Origin: Phyllobates terribilis
Lineage: Eukaryota
Reading direction: 5' to 3'
DNA length: 64,000 nucleotides
NCBI RefSeq assembly: GCF_046119375.1
Contig: NW_027362773.1
Span: 168,826,001 to 168,890,000, forward strand
Shown here: positions 58,906 through 64,000 of the stretch, in pieces
Numbering within the stretch: position 1 is the stretch's first letter
How the letters are laid out: each line of letters opens with the position of its first letter
Translations under genes and position numbers: made by a program
The notes under the pieces: generated by a model
What the model was told of the DNA's origin: nothing
What the model saw: the letters and a program-made list of their open reading frames with translations, nothing else
The model's database searches: none

Positions 58906-60476
58906 CGCCCCCTGCTCACACGTCTGCCCCCTGCTCACACGTCTGGCCCCCTGCTCACACGTCTGGCCCCCTGCTCACACGTCTGTCCCTCTGCTCACAC
59001 GTCGCCCCCTGCTCACACGTCTGTCCCCTGCTCACACGTCTGTCCCCTGCTCACACGTCTGCCCCCTGCTCACACGTCTGTCCCCTGCTCACACGTCGCC
59101 CCCTGCTCACACGTCTGCCCCCTGCTCACACGTCTGTCCCCTGCTCACACGTCTGTCCCCTGCTCACACGTCTGCCCCCTGCTCACACGTCTGCCCCCTG
59201 CTCACACGTCTGCCCCCTGCTCACACGTCTGTCCCCCTGCTCACACGTCTGGCCCCCTGCTCACACGTCTGTCCCCTGCTCACACGTCTGTCCCCTGCTC
59301 ACACGTCTGTCCCCTGCTCACACGTCTGTCCCCTGCTCACACGTCTGTCCCCTGCTCACACGTCTGCCCCCTGCTCACACGTCTGTCCCCTGCTCACACG
59401 TCTGGCCCCTGCTCACACGTCTGCCCCCTGCTCACACGTCTGGCCCCCTGCTCACACGTCTGGCCCCCTGCTCACACGTCTGGCCCCCTGCTCACACGTC
59501 TGCCCCCTGCTCACACGTCTGGCCCCCTGCTCACACATCTGTCCCCCTGCTCACACGTCTGCCCCCGGCTCACACGTCTGGCCCCCTGCTCACACGTCTG
59601 GCCCCCTGCTCACACGTCTGGCCCCCTGCTCACACGTCTGCCCCCCTGCTCACACGTCTGTCCCCCTGCTCACACGTCTGGCCCCCTGCTCACACGTCTG
59701 GCCCCCTGCTCACACGTCTGGCCCTCTGCTGACACGTCTGCCCTCTGCTCACACGTCGCCCCCGGCTCACACGTCTGGCCCCCTGCTCACACGTCTGGCC
59801 CCCGGCTCACACGTCTGGCCCCGGCTCACACGTCTGGCCCCGGCTCACACGTCTGGCCCCCTGCTCACACGTCTGGCCCCCGGCTCACACGTCGCCCCCG
59901 GCTCACACGTCGCCCCCGGCTCACACGTCGCCCCCTGCTCACACGTCTGGCCCCCTGCTCACACGTCTGGCCCCCTGCTCACACGTCTGGCCCCTGCTCA
60001 CACGTCTGCCCCCTGCTCACACGTCTGCCCCCTGCTCACACGTCGCCCCCGGCTCACACGTCGCCCCCGGCTCACACGTCGCCCCCGGCTCACACGTCGC
60101 CCCCGGCTCACACGTCGCCCCCGGCTCACACGTCGCCCCCGGCTCACACGTCTGGCCCCCGGCTCACACGTCTGCCCCCTGCTCACACGTCTGCCCCCTG
60201 CTCACACGTCTGCCCCCTGCTCACACGTCTGTCCTCTGCTCACTCGTCGCCCCCGGCTCACACGTCGCCCCCTGCTCACACGTCTGGCCCCCTGCTCACA
60301 CGTCGCCCCCGGCTCACACGTCGCCCCCGGCTCACACGTCGCCCCCGGCTCACACGTCGCCCCCTGCTCACACGTCTGGCCCCTGCTCACACGTCTGCCC
60401 CCTGCTCACACGTCTGGCCCCCTGCTCACACGTCGCCCCCGGCTCACACGTTGCCCCCTGCTCACACGTCACCCCC
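58906..60476. repeat. 20-23-bp minisatellite CCCC(T/G)GCTCACACGTC(TG/G)(G/T/C)C, ~70 copies
   Basis: Direct periodicity. Confidence 0.98.
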
Positions 60477-60519
60477 GGGGTCTTTCCTCGTGCAATGATT
60501 GTCCGTTTGTCTATCACAG

Positions 60520-60729
60520 GACAGACCACGCAGTGCCTTTGACCGTCTGTACTCCGGTGACAACCAAAGAGGTAAAATAAGCGCAGAGGAGCAGCTGGAG
60601 CGCATGAAGCGGCACCAAAAGGCCTTAGTCCGCGAACGCAAGAGGACACTCAGCCAAGGAGAGAAGTCGGCGGTGACGGGCAGGCCGCCCTCCCGGCCCC
60701 TGTCTGCGGACCTCAGCTCAGTATGTTAG
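60520..60729 (+). CDS. PLEKHA7: PLEKHA7 exon (DRPRSAFDRLYSG...DLSS), ending either SVC-stop or splicing at 60720|GTATGT
   Basis: ctatcacag acceptor; TCA GTA TGT TAG at 60718-60729. Confidence 0.94.
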   Translation, partial: DRPRSAFDRLYSGDNQRGKISAEEQLERMKRHQKALVRERKRTLSQGEKSAVTGRPPSRPLSADLSSVC

Positions 60730-61367
60730 CGGCAGGGGCATCCTGTGACTTGTAGTCTTTACGTGCTGTGTGCATGGTACACCAGGTTATGGCTCCTCCA
60801 GGTAGAATCATTGCTTCCTTTAGCTGCAGGGATTAATGGCGGCTGCTCTCCAGCTCCGTGTAACCTCATAGTCTAGACGGTGACGTCCACCGCCACCTCA
60901 TCTGCTCCTAGACAACAAGCACAAGACCCCGAGGCCTCTGCACGCTCCTAAATATATAGGATCACAACAGGAGGACGCAGGTCTGCGGGGGCCACATAGG
61001 CGATCGGGCTGGTATTCCTGGGCTGCTGTGCAGGACCCCAACTCTGACCCGTCATGGCTGCCTCTAACTCATCCACACGCTGCTCCAGCGCCATTCATCA
61101 CCTTGCTGCCTCTGTTACATTGAAGGTATTAATCTGCAGACCCCACTAACCGCCATGCTCATCTCCGCCAGGCTGCGGCGCTGCATCAATCACATGCGCT
61201 TACAGCGGCCTCCATCCTGACTCCCCGTAACATCATCAGCTGTCCCATCTACCATCCAGCTGCGGCCTCAGGGCGGGGGGTAATGGCCGCCAGTATGGGC
61301 ACCTGCTGCAACAGCGACGAGGAAAAACAACACCAACCGCTCCCAAACATTAGCCCCAAAGGTACAG

Positions 61368-64000
61368 GCACCGCTGATCTCTGGTGATGGATAGGAGACA
61401 TTCTCAGTGATGTCACCGCTGATCTCTGGTGATGGATAGGCGGCATTCTCAGTGATGTCACCGCTGATCTCTAGTGATGGATAGGCGGCATTCTCAGTGA
61501 TGTCTCCGCTGATCTCTGGTGATGGATAGGCGGCATTCTCAGTGATGTCACCGCTGATCTCTGGTGATGGATAGGAGGCATTCTCAGTGATGTCACCGCT
61601 GATCTCTGGTGATGGATAGGAGGCATTCTCAGTGATGTCACCGCTGATCTCTGGTGATGGATAGGCGGCATTCTCAGTAATGTCACCGCTGATCTCTAGT
61701 GATGGATAGGAGGCATTCTCAGTGATGTCACCGCTGATCTCTGGTGATGGATAGGCGGCATTCTCAGTGATGTCACCGCTGATCTCTAGTGATGGATAGG
61801 AGGCATTCTCAGTGATGTCACCGCTGATCTCTGGTGATGGATAGGCGGCATTCTCAGTAATGTCACCGCTGATCTCTAGTGATGGATAGGAGGCATTCTC
61901 AGTGATGTCACCGCTGATCTCTAGTGATGGATAGGCGGCATTCTCAGTGATGTCACCGCTGATCTCTAGTGATGGATAGGCGGCATTCTCAGTGATGTCA
62001 CCGCTGATCTCTAGTGATGGATAGGAGGCATTCTCAGTGATGTCACCGCTGATCTCTGGTGATGGATAGGCGGCATTCTCAGTGATGTCACCGCTGATCT
62101 CTAGTGATGGATAGGCGGCATTCTCAGTGATGTCACCGCTGATCTCTGGTGATGGATAGGAGGCATTCTCAGTGATGTCACCGCTGATCTCTAGTGATGG
62201 ATAGGCGGCATTCTCAGTGATGTCACCGCTGATCTCTAGTGATGGATAGGTGGCATTCTCAGTGATGTCACCGCTGATCTCTAGTGATGGATAGGAGGCA
62301 TTCTCAGTGATGTCACCGCTGATCTCTAGTGATGGATAGGCGGCATTCTCAGTGATGTCACCGCTGATCTCTAGTGATGGATAGGTGGCATTCTCAGTGA
62401 TGTCACCGCTGATCTCTAGTGATGGATAGGAGGCATTCTCAGTGATGTCACCGCTGATCTCTGGTGATGGATAGGCGGCATTCTCAGTGATGTCACCGCT
62501 GATCTCTGGTGATGGATAGGAGGCATTCTCAGTGATGTCACCGCTGATCTCTGGTGATGGATAGGAGGCATTCTCAGTGATGTCACCGCTGATCTCTGGT
62601 GATGGATAGGAGGCATTCTCAGTGATGTCACCGCTGATCTCTGGTGATGGATAGGAGGCATTCTCAGTGATGTCACCGCTGATCTCTAGTGATGGATAGG
62701 CGGCATTCTCAGTGATGTCACCGCTGATCTCTAGTGATGGATAGGCGGCATTCTCAGTGATGTCACCGCTGATCTCTAGTGATGGATAGGAGGCATTCTC
62801 AGTGATGTCACCTCTGATCTCTGGTGATGGATAGGAGGCATTCTCATTGATGTCACCGCTGATCTCTAGTGATGGATAGGCGGCATTCTCAGTGATGTCA
62901 CCTCTGATCTCTGGTGATGGATAGGTGGCATTCTCAGTGATGTCACCGCTGATCTCTAGTGATGGATAGGCGGCATTCTCAGTGATGTCACCGCTGATCT
63001 CTAGTGATGGATAGGCGGCATTCTCAGTGATGTCACCGCTGATCTCTGGTGATGGATAGGAGGCATTCTCAGTGATGTCACCGCTGATCTCTGGTGATGG
63101 ATAGGCGGCATTCTCAGTGATGTCACCGCTGATCTCTAGTGATGGATAGGAGGCATTCTCAGTGATGTCACCGCTGATCTCTGGTGATGGATAGGCGGCA
63201 TTCTCAGTGATGTCACCGCTGATCTCTAGTGATGGATAGGAGGCATTCTCAGTGATGTCACCGCTGATCTCTGGTGATGGATAGGCGGCATTCTCAGTAA
63301 TGTCACTGCTGATCTCTGGTGATGGATAGGCGGCATTCTCAGTGATGTCACCGCTGATCTCTGGTGATGGATAGGCGGCATTCTCAGTGATGTCACCGCT
63401 GATCTCTAGTGATGGATAGGAGGCATTCTCAGTAATGTCACTGCTGATCTCTGGTGATGGATAGGCGGCATTCTCAGTGATGTCACCGCTGATCTCTGGT
63501 GATGGATAGGCGGCATTCTCAGTGATGTCACCTCTGATCTCTGGTGATGGATAGGAGGCATTCTCAGTGATGTCACCGCTGATCTCTGGTGATGGATAGG
63601 CGGCATTCTCAGTGATGTCACCGCTGATCTCTGGTGATGGATAGGAGGCATTCTCAGTGATGTCACCTCTGATCTCTGGTGATGGATAGGCGGCATTCTC
63701 AGTGATGTCACCGCTGATCTCTGGTGATGGATAGGAGGCATTCTCAGTGATGTCACCGCTGATCTCTGGTGATGGATAGGAGGCATTCTCAGTGATGTCA
63801 CCGCTGATCTCTAGTGATGGATAGGCGGCATTCTCAGTGATGTCACCGCTGATCTCTGATGATGGATAGGCGGCATTCTCAGTGATGTCACCGCTGATCT
63901 CTGGTGATGGATAGGCGGCATTCTCAGTGATGTCACCGCTGATCTCTAGTGATGGATAGGCGGCATTCTCAGTGATGTCACCGCTGATCTCTAGTGATGG
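61368..64000. repeat. 45-bp minisatellite CACCGCTGATCTCTRGTGATGGATAGGMGGCATTCTCAGTGATGT, >=58 copies (runs off window end)
   Basis: Direct periodicity with two dimorphic sites. Confidence 0.99.

Larger units (their letters stand above)
8522..60729 (+). other. PLEKHA7: PLEKHA7 gene body (partial; 19 coding exons in window, 5' WW exons upstream)
   Basis: Exon translations match my recollection of vertebrate PLEKHA7 (KVYSFGKRDQ, WKRRWF, MRTYYFSADTQEDM, NLPSDYKYAQDR, WQLYEWQQRQQF, RHTSVRGLKRQSDERKRDRE, SAEEQLERMKRHQKAL, DLSSVC). All introns are GT-AG with compatible phases; exon sum is 3177 nt including the stop. Confidence 0.95.

Noticed and set aside
61368-64000. CRISPR-like array (also considered for the other 28-62-bp arrays)
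   Set aside because: Head-to-tail units with no unique spacers, no cas genes, eukaryotic intron context
1-64000. Prokaryotic or phage defence system, rRNA or tRNA genes, telomeric (TTAGGG)n
   Set aside because: None recognisable; the window is fully accounted for by a spliced vertebrate gene, repeats and TE remnants

Overview
This window is vertebrate genomic DNA, not microbial. It is probably from an anuran (frog), inferred from the style of the L2 LINE and MITE. It holds 19 GT-AG coding exons (8522-60729, + strand) of a PLEKHA7 orthologue. With phases checked by hand, they splice into one continuous frame of about 1058 aa: PH domain, Pro-rich region, coiled coils and a C-terminal RKRTL/DLSSVC segment. 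The N-terminal WW-domain exons lie upstream of the window, and further 3' exons probably lie downstream. Roughly 50 of the 64 kb is tandem repeat: nearly every larger intron carries its own GC-rich minisatellite (units 16-62 bp, up to 13.9 kb), often running to within tens of nt of a splice site. All the giant ORFs in the six-frame track are artefacts of these stop-free repeats. There is also a 5'-truncated L2/CR1-type LINE with a minisatellite born inside its RT motif, a TIR-bounded MITE that split an older array, and higher-order duplications inside the two largest arrays. The best candidates for undescribed biology are a putative unannotated exon encoding an MGTCC (myristoyl/palmitoyl-like) N-terminus, a possible antisense exon, a 578-copy E-box array, and visible stages of minisatellite birth and divergence. 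I found no convincing novel multi-gene system.
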